Part shown: piece by piece, positions 19,126 through 27,936 of the stretch
Layout of the letters: every line of letters starts with the position of its first letter
Position numbering within the stretch: the first letter of the stretch is position 1
Source: Methylophaga frappieri
GTDB lineage: Bacteria; Pseudomonadota; Gammaproteobacteria; Nitrosococcales; Methylophagaceae
Direction: 5' to 3'
Length of the DNA: 32,000 nt
NCBI RefSeq assembly: GCF_000260965.1
Contig: NC_017856.1
Location: 480,001 to 512,000, forward strand
Notes under the pieces: generated by a model
Told to the model about the DNA's origin: nothing
The model's input: the letters and a program-made list of their open reading frames with translations, nothing else
Databases searched by the model: none
Made by a program: the position numbers and the translations under genes

Positions 19126-19373
19126 CACGCTGGAAAGAGCAACGAGACAACCGATTACAGTATCAAGATCGGACTAAGACCCCTATGCCACATAACTGGC
19201 TTTTAAACCGGCAATGGGAAGACGAGTACGTTCGCATTGATGAAGTACAGCAATCATCGACGAGCCTAAAGGGCAGCAATCACCAATTGAATATTGAAGA
19301 AAGCAATCGCCGCATTGCTGAAAGCTGGGCCGGACCAGGTATTCGGGAGGTTCGTTCAAGTGCAGGAGGTTGA
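19083..19373 (+). CDS. ORF in the -1 frame relative to 18505-19125; probably the C-terminal part of the same protein
   Basis: The frame is open from 19056 and the first ATG is at 19083. Reading across the heptamer gives FEDFWDVQIRKEKKAKAKEEWLRMGLNEDHELALEVL. This restores the common phage/ICE motif FWxxYPxKxxKxxAxxxW with correct spacing. Confidence 0.55.
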   Translation: MGLNEDHELALEVLTRWKEQRDNRLQYQDRTKTPMPHNWLLNRQWEDEYVRIDEVQQSSTSLKGSNHQLNIEESNRRIAESWAGPGIREVRSSAGG

Positions 19374-20022
19374 TAAACGCGAGTTTGCTGAAGTTTGGGG
19401 AGCAGCTTGGGCCATGTATGGCAAAAGCGTATCACCACAATTGCTATCCATCGCATTTGAAGCCCTTCGTGCTTATAGCATTGAAGAAGTGCGAATCGGT
19501 CTGACTCGGCATATTCAATCACCGGATACTGGGCAATTTTTTCCAAAGCCCGCTGACGTCATCAAGCATATCGACGGCAACTCAGGTTCAAGAGCCATGG
19601 TTGCTTGGAACAAAGTTGACAAGGCTGTTCGTCAGGTTGGCGCTTGGACATCCGTGATGTTTGACGATGCGCTTATCCACCGCGTGATTTCAGACATGGG
19701 TGGATGGGTTGAACTCTGCAAGGTTGATGACAGGGAATACCCCTTTAAGCAAAAAGAGTTTTTAACACGCTACCAGGCTTACTTGCTACGGGACGAAGTG
19801 GGTGAATACCCAAGGCTATTACAGGGTATTGCAGACCATCAGAACCAGCAAAAAGGATTTGATATGCAAGCGCCTGTTGCCGTAGGCGACTGGTCAAAAG
19901 CGGCACAAGTTTATACGAGAGGCATCGCCGACTTTAGCGCAGTGCCATTAAAAAGAATAAGCCCGAAAGCCATTCAGGCGCTTCTCGGAAATCAATTAGA
20001 GGACAAAAATGAAAACGATTAA
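19360..20022 (+). CDS. Hypothetical ICE protein
   Basis: I prefer the GTG start at 19360, which has a GGGAGG RBS at 19345-19350 and overlaps the stop of the preceding ORF. The ORF-track ATG at 19294 would overlap that ORF by 80 nt. No function recognised. Confidence 0.65.
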   Translation: MQEVDKREFAEVWGAAWAMYGKSVSPQLLSIAFEALRAYSIEEVRIGLTRHIQSPDTGQFFPKPADVIKHIDGNSGSRAMVAWNKVDKAVRQVGAWTSVMFDDALIHRVISDMGGWVELCKVDDREYPFKQKEFLTRYQAYLLRDEVGEYPRLLQGIADHQNQQKGFDMQAPVAVGDWSKAAQVYTRGIADFSAVPLKRISPKAIQALLGNQLEDKNEND

Positions 20023-20557
20023 AGCAAAAACCATTGCCCTAGTGATAGCCATGTCCGCAAGCACTTCAGTCTATGCGTTTCCGGGCTATCAGTGGGAAAA
20101 AGCAGCACAAAGCGTTGGTATTGATCCAGTCATGCTCTACGCCGTTGCCTTGGCTGAGTCGGCCTCACATCGTGGTCTCAACATGACCAGTCCATGGCCA
20201 TACGCAATTCGCAATGGTTCAAACGCAACCTACGCCAAATCTAAGACAGAAGCAGAGCAACTGTTAAACCAGGCACTGCAAGAGACTGAAAAATATCAGC
20301 TCGATATTGGCCTTATGCAAATCAATTTGCATTGGCATGGGCATCGGGTGAGCTCAGCAGCGGAACTGCTAGACCCCATCACCAACCTTACGGTCGGCTC
20401 AAGTATTTTGGCCGAAGCAATCAAGTCTTCACCAAATGATTTAGAGCTTGGCATAGGCCGCTATCACAGTTGGAACGAAGAGCGTGCACGCTGGTATGGG
20501 CAGAGAGTGCTTTCTATCTATCGCAATATTTTACATGAACTGGAGGTCCGTCAATGA
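20009..20557 (+). CDS. Lytic transglycosylase (SLT domain), secreted
   Basis: 182 aa with a signal peptide (ALVIAMSASTSVYA). Catalytic AESA Glu and DIGLMQIN motifs are typical of SLT/VirB1-like enzymes in conjugation loci. Confidence 0.85.
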   Translation: MKTIKAKTIALVIAMSASTSVYAFPGYQWEKAAQSVGIDPVMLYAVALAESASHRGLNMTSPWPYAIRNGSNATYAKSKTEAEQLLNQALQETEKYQLDIGLMQINLHWHGHRVSSAAELLDPITNLTVGSSILAEAIKSSPNDLELGIGRYHSWNEERARWYGQRVLSIYRNILHELEVRQ

Positions 20558-20853
20558 CAACCAATCAACAAGACTTCTATCAATTAAATTTGGCGTACCT
20601 ACACGCAGCACGAGAATTGGCGCGAATTGATCCGCAAGAGGCCGTCTTGCGCTTTGGACTTACACGCGACGTAGTTGATGCTCTGATTAATGCTGGTGTT
20701 GACGACCTGCAACGAGTGGCGACCTCATCATTCATGCTGTTTCAACCAAGGGGTAACCAAAGCCAACTGATTGAGATGGTGAAGAGCAAAGGCACAGGTA
20801 TCCCAAGAATCGCTTATTTATTATCAACCCTAAACAACAAGGGGGATTCATGA
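20554..20853 (+). CDS. setD: FlhD-like transcriptional activator subunit SetD
   Basis: 99 aa. FYQLNLAYLHAARELARIDPQEAVLRFGL parallels E. coli FlhD [29 protein letters not shown]. It overlaps setC by 4 nt. Confidence 0.85.
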   Translation: MTTNQQDFYQLNLAYLHAARELARIDPQEAVLRFGLTRDVVDALINAGVDDLQRVATSSFMLFQPRGNQSQLIEMVKSKGTGIPRIAYLLSTLNNKGDS

Positions 20854-21383
20854 TTGATAACCTGTCCAAAAGTGAGCTATTTACCCGAGCCTCGCTGCTT
20901 ATTAAATACGGATTTCGAACAACCATCATCGCGCTCGATACAGGTTTGCCAATCCACATTATCAGAAGGCTCCACAAAGAAGTGACTGGCAAGTCACCTT
21001 GTCCTGGTCAATTGCCAGAATCTGATGCCATCGTTAAAAGTAGAAGAGCCTTAGTTGAAGGCTCTCTGCTGATGGCGCTTTATGTCAATATTGGTGGTGA
21101 CAATGTCTACAAGCAATTAAATATTGATGCTTTGATGAAGGCTTACGATGCGTACTTGGTTGCAAGAGAAGAAGCAGATCTTCCAGCTGAGATCCCATGG
21201 AAAAAACTGACCATCAATGAAGGTTGGGTTCTAGCTCGTGATTTAAGGTCACAGCTTGCATCCTTACACCGTTGTCGATGCGGTAGTCTGTATTTGACGG
21301 TATCTCAACAGCGCATTCAGCTTAAATGTCCTGTGTGTGAGATTATGGCCGAGCAAACCACTAGAGCACTTTTTGAGAACTAA
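20850..21383 (+). CDS. setC: FlhC-like transcriptional activator subunit SetC
   Basis: 177 aa. RRLHKEVTGKSPCPGQLP parallels FlhC KLYKELRGSPPPKGMLP. The C-terminal four-Cys cluster (CRCGS...CPVC) resembles the FlhC zinc site. Confidence 0.85.
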   Translation: MIDNLSKSELFTRASLLIKYGFRTTIIALDTGLPIHIIRRLHKEVTGKSPCPGQLPESDAIVKSRRALVEGSLLMALYVNIGGDNVYKQLNIDALMKAYDAYLVAREEADLPAEIPWKKLTINEGWVLARDLRSQLASLHRCRCGSLYLTVSQQRIQLKCPVCEIMAEQTTRALFEN

Positions 21384-21440
21384 CATGCTGATGCATGATT
21401 TGATTGTGCACCTCCCGTGCACTTTGAGAGTACTAAGAAG

Positions 21441-21872
21441 ATGACAAACTTACTTAAATCTTTACCAGCACGCTGCTGGTTTATATCACTGGGACTTTTT
21501 CTGGCGACTTTGGCTGCGGCTCATTTTTTTCCATCAGAAATATTAACGGCATCTGCCAAGTTAGCGGCTTTGCCATTTCTGATCTGCACCATCGTTTTTT
21601 TCGGCTACTTGGGATTCAAAGCGACCTGTAACCCCATCGGCCTAATAGCCATCATCACGATGCTTTTAGCAATCGCATATTGGCAAGCGAGTTGGACAAT
21701 TGTTGGTTTGGGACTCTTTTTCATAGCTATTTGTACTGGAATTAGATTCTTGAGTAGCCAAGTTAAAGATTCGGGTAGAACTTTGAGCATTGAAGAAAAA
21801 TGGTATTGGTATAAGCTCCATTCGTTTTTTGATGGCTTTTATCCAAGGTATCCCAAAAAGCCAAAAAAATAG
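21441..21872 (+). CDS. eex: Inner-membrane protein, candidate entry-exclusion protein Eex
   Basis: Starting at ATG 21441 gives 143 aa with about 4 TM segments, positioned between setC and the 3' end of traG as in SXT/R391. The ORF-track GTG at 21417 lies inside a GTGCAC-CTCCC-GTGCAC hairpin (21406-21422), so I disfavour it. Confidence 0.65.
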   Translation: MTNLLKSLPARCWFISLGLFLATLAAAHFFPSEILTASAKLAALPFLICTIVFFGYLGFKATCNPIGLIAIITMLLAIAYWQASWTIVGLGLFFIAICTGIRFLSSQVKDSGRTLSIEEKWYWYKLHSFFDGFYPRYPKKPKK

Positions 21873-21893
21873 CCAGCCCACCACAAGCTGGCT
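21871..21893. terminator. Bidirectional hairpin between convergent eex and traG
   Basis: AGCCAGC-CCACCACAA-GCTGGCT (7-bp stem), flanked by an A-run upstream and T-rich sequence downstream. It sits in the 32-bp gap between the two stop codons. Confidence 0.55.
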
Positions 21894-21904
21894 ACCTTCT
21901 ATTT

Positions 21905-24900
21905 TCAGTTCCTTCCTGATGCCTGGTTATAAGCCCTAATATCGATCAAGTTGTTCTGAGCATAATCTCCCGCAAGCGATGCATTTGAGATCACCGCTAT
22001 CTGCTTATCCACAAATGCTTTATCTTCTTCGGACACACTGTCAGGAATGTAAGCGCCACTCTCATCCTTTTGACGATACTCATTTAGCATTTGCTCCCTT
22101 AGACCTAGCATTTCAGGCGCCCAACTCGATGAGTCTTCAGAGTTGAATACGCGTCCCGCCAAACCTTCATTGAAAGCTTGAGCGAACACTTGACTTTGAA
22201 TCGGGGTCAATCCCATTCTCTGCCCTTCGCTGTATGCTTCCTGTTTGAAATCATCGGCATACTGTTCTAAGAACTCACCATATCGATTGTTAACTGCCGC
22301 ACCAAATGCCCCCGCCAACATGGCTTCAGACTTAGTGCCCCAGTTTACTTCGGAGGCATACTGCGAACTCGATCCACTGTATGCATCATTAAACGCCGTC
22401 AATGGATTTTCCAAAGAGGTTCCGGCATCAACGGCGGCTTTTAACCCATCCCAGGTTGATTTGCTGGCCACCGTTGCGTTGTGCAAGAAACCTCGTGAGC
22501 CAGGATCTTCAAGCGCTTGTTCTTTGTAACTCTCATAGTCTTCGCCAAAGTGATTCAAGGTATGCAGAGCTGCATCAGTATGCTTGCCACTGAAATCACC
22601 AATAGCACTGGCGCTGTTGAAGAACATTTCAGCACCAGAAACTCCGCTATCATCAGCCATAATGCGTGATCGCCACTGAGATCCAGCTTCACTGTTTAGT
22701 CCAGATTGATAGGTACTTGTGTCAGTAGCTACGGCCTGCTGAGCTTGCTGCTGATGCGCATTCAACTGTCCATCTATACCAGACAGATTGGTTTGGTAAG
22801 CCGATTGAGCTGCGTTGAACTGAGTTTGAACTGTTGCAGCATCCTCGTAGCCGCCCAATACACCCGATTCAACTTGGCTTTGAGTACCACCAAAAGTAGG
22901 TGCAGCTGATGACAAGCCTTCATTAGAGCGCGGTTGAATTGATCGTAAATCGGCTCCGGTAGCCATGGCCATAACAGTCATTGCTGCTTGATAATCATTG
23001 TCTCGTTCAGCGGGCGTTGAGGAGTTGCTATAGGTTAAAGACTCCATAGCTGCGGCCACATACGCCTGATTATCATCAGGTAGCAAGCGCTGATACATTG
23101 GAAGGTTTTCACGTAATCGGTTACCTGCTTCAACATGCTGGTTCATATAGCGACCTAAATAATCCATGACTTCAGGATTATCCGCTGCTAATCGAGTTAA
23201 CGTCGCACCATCCGTGTTCCTTTGTCCTGATAGACTGTAGCTGGCCTGATCAAGCTCACTAAAACGGTTTGATGCCGTGATAACGTCTTGTGCTGAACTC
23301 TGAAGTGACTGATAGTCTTGGTTAGACAACGACATTTCAACGCCAGAACGTCTTGAATCTGAAAGGTCCTTAACCATCGCATCGCGATACTCAGCACGTC
23401 GTGAATCACTTGATGCCAAGCTATGCATCTCCCCAGTGAGCGTATTTGCGGTCGTAGATCGAGAACTGCCTTCTGACGACTCAACTTGGCCACTAAAGTT
23501 ACCACCTAAATCCAGCCCTGCTCGTACCCTTGATAGTTTTGGTACACGAGATGAGTCTGGCTTATCGACTCCTGGCAAGTTGCCCTGTGGAGAATCATTG
23601 CCGCCAGTACCAAGAAGCCTTCCAAGAAAGCCCTTATCAGCAACTTCTTTCTCACCGGGATTAGTAATGGTTCCATCGCCACCGACCCTTAGGCCTCCCG
23701 ATAGCACGCCCGATACCAAGCCACGTACAGCATCTTTTTTATCGTCTCCAAAACCATACCGAGTTTGCAGGTCATCAGTAACCTGATTAACAACGGCGCT
23801 AGATGCGGAGTTAGAAGAACCAATCTGACGTCCAACCGAAGAAAGGTTGTCGTAACTTAGCTTTTCACCAAAGGTTCGACTCATGGTATTGCCAACCTGA
23901 CGGCTAAAGGCTTGAGTTGCCTGAGTCATGGATTCTTTTGCAGAGCCGACCATTGAACCCACTGCGTTTCCGACAGAGAAACTGCTTAGTAGGTTTGACG
24001 CGCCGGTCATAGCAGAACCAGTGAGGGCTGAATTTTGGAACATTGACTGTGATTGCATTACCGGGGCATTTTTCGCGACATCTGGACTTGCCAGCTTTTC
24101 ATCAATGGCATCACCGTTTTGTAGACGCCCAGCCAAGTGGGTAGCGGTTATTGCTGAGCCATAAACGAGCATGAGCGAAATCGCCGGAACACTCGACGCC
24201 AACATGCCGCCAGTAGCTATCCAGGTTTGCAGCACTGAATCCATCTGCATCATCCCAGCAAAAGATGGCACTTCTGTACCTGCAAAGGCATCAAGAGCAG
24301 ACATTTTCCCTGCAACGGTTAAATGAATATACAGGTTAATGATGGCCATGACAGGCATCCAAAGTTGAATCCAAAGCAGGATTAACAAGTACTTCCCAGC
24401 CATTCGCATCCCTATTTGGCCAAGGGCTATCACAAAGGCCATCAATGGGGTGATGGCGTAAATGAACCCCTCAAAAAACGTCATCATCGGACGAACGATA
24501 CTCTGGAACAGGGTCTGCTCCGCCGCCCATTGCGTATTACGCTGCTCAATCGCTTGGTTAACCATAACGGCTGCGGTGAAAGCTTGATCATCCATATACT
24601 TTCCCGTCACGCTTTGCTCATAAATAGGCAAAAGCACTGACGCGGTCATATACTCTTGGGTGTTAACCGAAGCCAAACCAAGGTTATTCAGTGCATTTCG
24701 GATCACGTCATCAGTGTCCGTTGCTGACGAAGTCCCCAATGAGGCTGACAGAACCTGTTTAAGCCTTGGAATGAAGGTTGATTCTGTCATGAGTTTCAGT
24801 TGGCTATAGGCATCGGTGCAGTCCAGATCGCTACTGCTACCACTGAGCATGATTCGAGTGCCATAAATGCGCGAATCAAACCTAATCGCTGTCATCGGGT

Positions 24901-25474
24901 TAGGATCACTCAGCACCTGATCGAGGTTCTTTTGGCCGATGTCGATACCAATCAAGGTGCACTCTTTGATGTAGTAAAACCACGATTGCTCGATATCCGA
25001 GCCGCCGACACGATTTGCATCACCCAACCCAGAGCGATCCATCACCTGTTTTCTCACTTTAATCAGTGACTGTAAACTGGATGCAAAGCCGTATTCCGTC
25101 ATGGCGGGAGTTGAGAACGCCGTTTCAAACAATCGCGTGATTTGAAAGCCAACAGTCGAAATCGTACTGCCTGCGGCAGCAACACCGATGGGCACATTAT
25201 CAACCACTCGAACTTGTCCCGTGTACGCATCCTCAATGCTCACTCGGGTACTGGGCCCAAACATGGTTGCAAAGACTAGCCATGAGACTAAAACGTGTTG
25301 AAAGTTAATCCCTCGACCACCTTGCATTAAGGCCTGAACAGAGACCATCAATACCCCAATGAGCAAGCCAATGCGAACCATTGAAGTAAAGTCGCCTGTA
25401 CCAGTAATCATCGCGACAGCGTTCAAGACCTGCTCTAAAAAAGCCGAATCCCCGATGGAATAGATTTCCCACAT
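21905..25474 (-). CDS. traG: F-type conjugative transfer protein TraG (mating-pair stabilisation / entry exclusion target)
   Basis: 1189 aa with a polytopic TraG_N-like N-terminal half and a long Ser/Gly/Gln-rich C-terminal half. Located downstream of traH and traF. PGE at residues 606-608. Confidence 0.9.
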   Translation of the reverse strand: MWEIYSIGDSAFLEQVLNAVAMITGTGDFTSMVRIGLLIGVLMVSVQALMQGGRGINFQHVLVSWLVFATMFGPSTRVSIEDAYTGQVRVVDNVPIGVAAAGSTISTVGFQITRLFETAFSTPAMTEYGFASSLQSLIKVRKQVMDRSGLGDANRVGGSDIEQSWFYYIKECTLIGIDIGQKNLDQVLSDPNPMTAIRFDSRIYGTRIMLSGSSSDLDCTDAYSQLKLMTESTFIPRLKQVLSASLGTSSATDTDDVIRNALNNLGLASVNTQEYMTASVLLPIYEQSVTGKYMDDQAFTAAVMVNQAIEQRNTQWAAEQTLFQSIVRPMMTFFEGFIYAITPLMAFVIALGQIGMRMAGKYLLILLWIQLWMPVMAIINLYIHLTVAGKMSALDAFAGTEVPSFAGMMQMDSVLQTWIATGGMLASSVPAISLMLVYGSAITATHLAGRLQNGDAIDEKLASPDVAKNAPVMQSQSMFQNSALTGSAMTGASNLLSSFSVGNAVGSMVGSAKESMTQATQAFSRQVGNTMSRTFGEKLSYDNLSSVGRQIGSSNSASSAVVNQVTDDLQTRYGFGDDKKDAVRGLVSGVLSGGLRVGGDGTITNPGEKEVADKGFLGRLLGTGGNDSPQGNLPGVDKPDSSRVPKLSRVRAGLDLGGNFSGQVESSEGSSRSTTANTLTGEMHSLASSDSRRAEYRDAMVKDLSDSRRSGVEMSLSNQDYQSLQSSAQDVITASNRFSELDQASYSLSGQRNTDGATLTRLAADNPEVMDYLGRYMNQHVEAGNRLRENLPMYQRLLPDDNQAYVAAAMESLTYSNSSTPAERDNDYQAAMTVMAMATGADLRSIQPRSNEGLSSAAPTFGGTQSQVESGVLGGYEDAATVQTQFNAAQSAYQTNLSGIDGQLNAHQQQAQQAVATDTSTYQSGLNSEAGSQWRSRIMADDSGVSGAEMFFNSASAIGDFSGKHTDAALHTLNHFGEDYESYKEQALEDPGSRGFLHNATVASKSTWDGLKAAVDAGTSLENPLTAFNDAYSGSSSQYASEVNWGTKSEAMLAGAFGAAVNNRYGEFLEQYADDFKQEAYSEGQRMGLTPIQSQVFAQAFNEGLAGRVFNSEDSSSWAPEMLGLREQMLNEYRQKDESGAYIPDSVSEEDKAFVDKQIAVISNASLAGDYAQNNLIDIRAYNQASGRN

Positions 25475-25477
25475 TAT

Positions 25478-26866
25478 CTATTCCCCCAGCGCCGTAGATT
25501 TAACGGTGTAATAACGCTGTTTGCGAATGGTCTGAATCACCTGGTTAAAATGCGCCAGCAACTCTTGCTCTGAGCCGTATCTTCGCTGCAACGCAGCGTA
25601 CTCCTCATTGATTTGGCGACGTGCACGTTCAAGGTCTTCCGTTAACAACTTCGCATAGGCATGATCTTCCACACTGGAGGTACTTCTAGCTGCATTGAGC
25701 ATGTCTTCAACCAATGCTCGGGCCATCTCAACAGCAATAAATGGTGCCGCTCTTGAAGCAAACGACCTAGCGGCCCCTTCATTTAATGCAGAAAGTGTTC
25801 GAATCATGCCGCCAATGCTCGCGGGAGCCGAGGTCATAAAAGCCTTTTCGGTGGTGCTAGCAGCCCCTGTATTTCGAGCAAATTTAAAAATAATGCCGTT
25901 ACTAGAACCTGTACCTAGAAGTAAATTTTCGACCTGAGTTGATAACCCGGTTAGGGTCACGTTAGCGATTGTCGGATTTAGACAGCCGTCTTGTGTCACT
26001 GTGTCACATCGGTACATAGCGACGTTACCGCCATGAATTAGATGCTCAATAGTCACTTTATTGCCATTCAGCCTGGTCAGTTTTGGGGCTTTACCTTGGC
26101 CATCAGCGGCATTAGCAAGATCACCAACAATGATCGAACCAGTCACCGACATAACCGCTTCAAGAAAACGGTCATCCCCCGATGCAAACCAGCTTGATGC
26201 CGAGTGACGTTTCAAGGCCCGCCAAACCAAATTACCTTTAATCGTTTTGTTCACATCAGATGCCGCGACACTCGAAGCGTTCTCATATGGGTTCTTACCA
26301 TTGGATTCACTCCAACTGGTAAAAACGTCTCCAGCCCCTTTAAGTGAGCTCAACATGCTGGCTTCTGTTTGCCCCTTTTTACCAAAAGCAGCCAGGGTAT
26401 CGTTCACAACTCCCTGAGCCATTTGACAGGAATTGCCAAAATATTCGTTCAACTGCTGGATTTTCTTTTGCAGTGTCTCCATGTGCTGAGAGCATTTCTC
26501 ACACATAGCACTGAGCGCTAATTGGAATGCGTATCCCTTGGCGTTTGCAGCAACAGAACGAAGTAATTGAACAAACTGATCTGCATTAACAAATGACAAA
26601 CTTCCAGCGAACATATCAATGCCGCCACAACCGGCTTGAAATGACGGAGGCACCATAGAGACGAGGTTCTCGTTCATGATCCTGTTACGAACAACAACAC
26701 TTCCGCCAGATATAACTCCACGCCGCTGACTCTCGAATACACCAGGCGCAGTGGTGTTGGTCATTGAACCAAACAACTGATTCATCTCCTGTTGCAAGCT
26801 TGCTTGGCTCATAGATGAAAAACCAATCGCAAAGGCGATTAGCGATACTCGTAATACTTTTTTCAT
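25478..26866 (-). CDS. traH: F-type conjugal pilus assembly protein TraH
   Basis: 462 aa with a signal peptide. The AGCGGIDMFAGSLSFVNADQ motif is typical of TraH. Its position between traF and traG also fits. Confidence 0.88.
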   Translation of the reverse strand: MKKVLRVSLIAFAIGFSSMSQASLQQEMNQLFGSMTNTTAPGVFESQRRGVISGGSVVVRNRIMNENLVSMVPPSFQAGCGGIDMFAGSLSFVNADQFVQLLRSVAANAKGYAFQLALSAMCEKCSQHMETLQKKIQQLNEYFGNSCQMAQGVVNDTLAAFGKKGQTEASMLSSLKGAGDVFTSWSESNGKNPYENASSVAASDVNKTIKGNLVWRALKRHSASSWFASGDDRFLEAVMSVTGSIIVGDLANAADGQGKAPKLTRLNGNKVTIEHLIHGGNVAMYRCDTVTQDGCLNPTIANVTLTGLSTQVENLLLGTGSSNGIIFKFARNTGAASTTEKAFMTSAPASIGGMIRTLSALNEGAARSFASRAAPFIAVEMARALVEDMLNAARSTSSVEDHAYAKLLTEDLERARRQINEEYAALQRRYGSEQELLAHFNQVIQTIRKQRYYTVKSTALGE

Positions 26867-26868
26867 CG

Positions 26869-27834
26869 TTATAACCCTCCTTGTGCACGCAGATAGCGAA
26901 CAAGGAACTCAGGATCCTGTAATATCTTCTCGTTAAGCTCTTGGGCTGACATCGCAAGTGACACGCCGGGCTGAACAGGTCTAGTGGCATAGTAAGTTTG
27001 ATCGTCAATCCAACCAGCTTGATGGGCTGCAAGAATGATTCGATTATTGAGCTCATCAAGGCTCATTGCGCCTTGGCCAATCGAAGTGATGACGTTAGGC
27101 GGATCAACTAAGAACACGGCAGGGACAGTCGTAACGGACAATGATTGAGCTTGTCCTGAATCGACTTTGTAATTGGGAAACTCTCCACCGGGTAAAGGCA
27201 AGCCATCGACAGCAATAGCAAACACCTCGAACCCATAGTTCAAGGCTATAGATTCGATGATAGGCGCTTGAGCATGGCAATAAGGGCAATCCGAACGATA
27301 GAAAAAGAACAAGCCTGCTCGCTTCGCTACTTCACCTAAAGCAACATCACGCTGAGCGCCAGCTTCTCGATCCATCCGATTGGCGGCATAAGTCGCCAAG
27401 GGTCTGCGACTGATTTCATCCAAAACTGGATCGCCAATTACCACCTGCTGACTTACATCAGCAAATAGTGAGCTCTTATCCATCATGACGCGCTGGAGAT
27501 ACAGATAGGCTCTGACGTTCTCATTCGTCGGCTCATCAATTGCCTTGTCCATAAACGATTGCATATGCTCTCGGAACCATGCGGCACTGAAGGGCTTTAG
27601 TTCGCTCTGACTGGACTCCACGACACCAGCTTCCGGCTCTATCAGCTCATCAGGCAGTTCAGGTTCAGGAATGACCTGATACCAAAACCAGCCTTCCTGA
27701 CCACGCTGATAGAATGGCCCATCACTGGCATGGGCGGGCAAAATGAATAGAAAGAAAATAATGATTGGGATGGTCACCCATAGGATGAACCAAGGTAACA
27801 AGGGGGTTCTCATTGTCAGCTCCAGAAATTTCAC
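26869..27834 (-). CDS. traF: F-type conjugal transfer protein TraF (thioredoxin-fold, with CPYC motif)
   Basis: 321 aa. GWFWYQ and FFFYRSDCPYCHAQAPI motifs indicate a TraF/TrbB thioredoxin-like family protein. It is the first gene of traF-traH-traG. Confidence 0.85.
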   Translation of the reverse strand: MKFLELTMRTPLLPWFILWVTIPIIIFFLFILPAHASDGPFYQRGQEGWFWYQVIPEPELPDELIEPEAGVVESSQSELKPFSAAWFREHMQSFMDKAIDEPTNENVRAYLYLQRVMMDKSSLFADVSQQVVIGDPVLDEISRRPLATYAANRMDREAGAQRDVALGEVAKRAGLFFFYRSDCPYCHAQAPIIESIALNYGFEVFAIAVDGLPLPGGEFPNYKVDSGQAQSLSVTTVPAVFLVDPPNVITSIGQGAMSLDELNNRIILAAHQAGWIDDQTYYATRPVQPGVSLAMSAQELNEKILQDPEFLVRYLRAQGGL

Positions 27835-27936
27835 AGAGCTAACATGCTAAAGATCCCCGTTAGAGCGATTGGCCAGATAGATGAAGGAATCGTGTGTGTT
27901 TCTGACTATCAATTATTTATTAGATACTGACTTCAC

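Noticed and set aside
22245-25069. Several 63-116-aa ORFs on both strands within traG
   Set aside because: They are embedded in the continuous 1189-aa TraG frame. The Ser/Gly/Ala-rich coding region generates long open alternative frames by composition alone.
26685-27059. 124-aa minus-strand ORF spanning the traF/traH junction
   Set aside because: It overlaps the 3' end of traF and the 5' end of traH out of frame. Both of those genes have clear family motifs and a tight 2-bp spacing.
27835-27936. Looked for a terminator or a recognisable SetCD-dependent promoter between the cargo genes and traF
   Set aside because: I found no convincing hairpin followed by a T-tract, and I do not remember the SetCD operator consensus well enough to call a site. 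Read-through from the cargo operon into traF cannot be excluded or supported from sequence alone.
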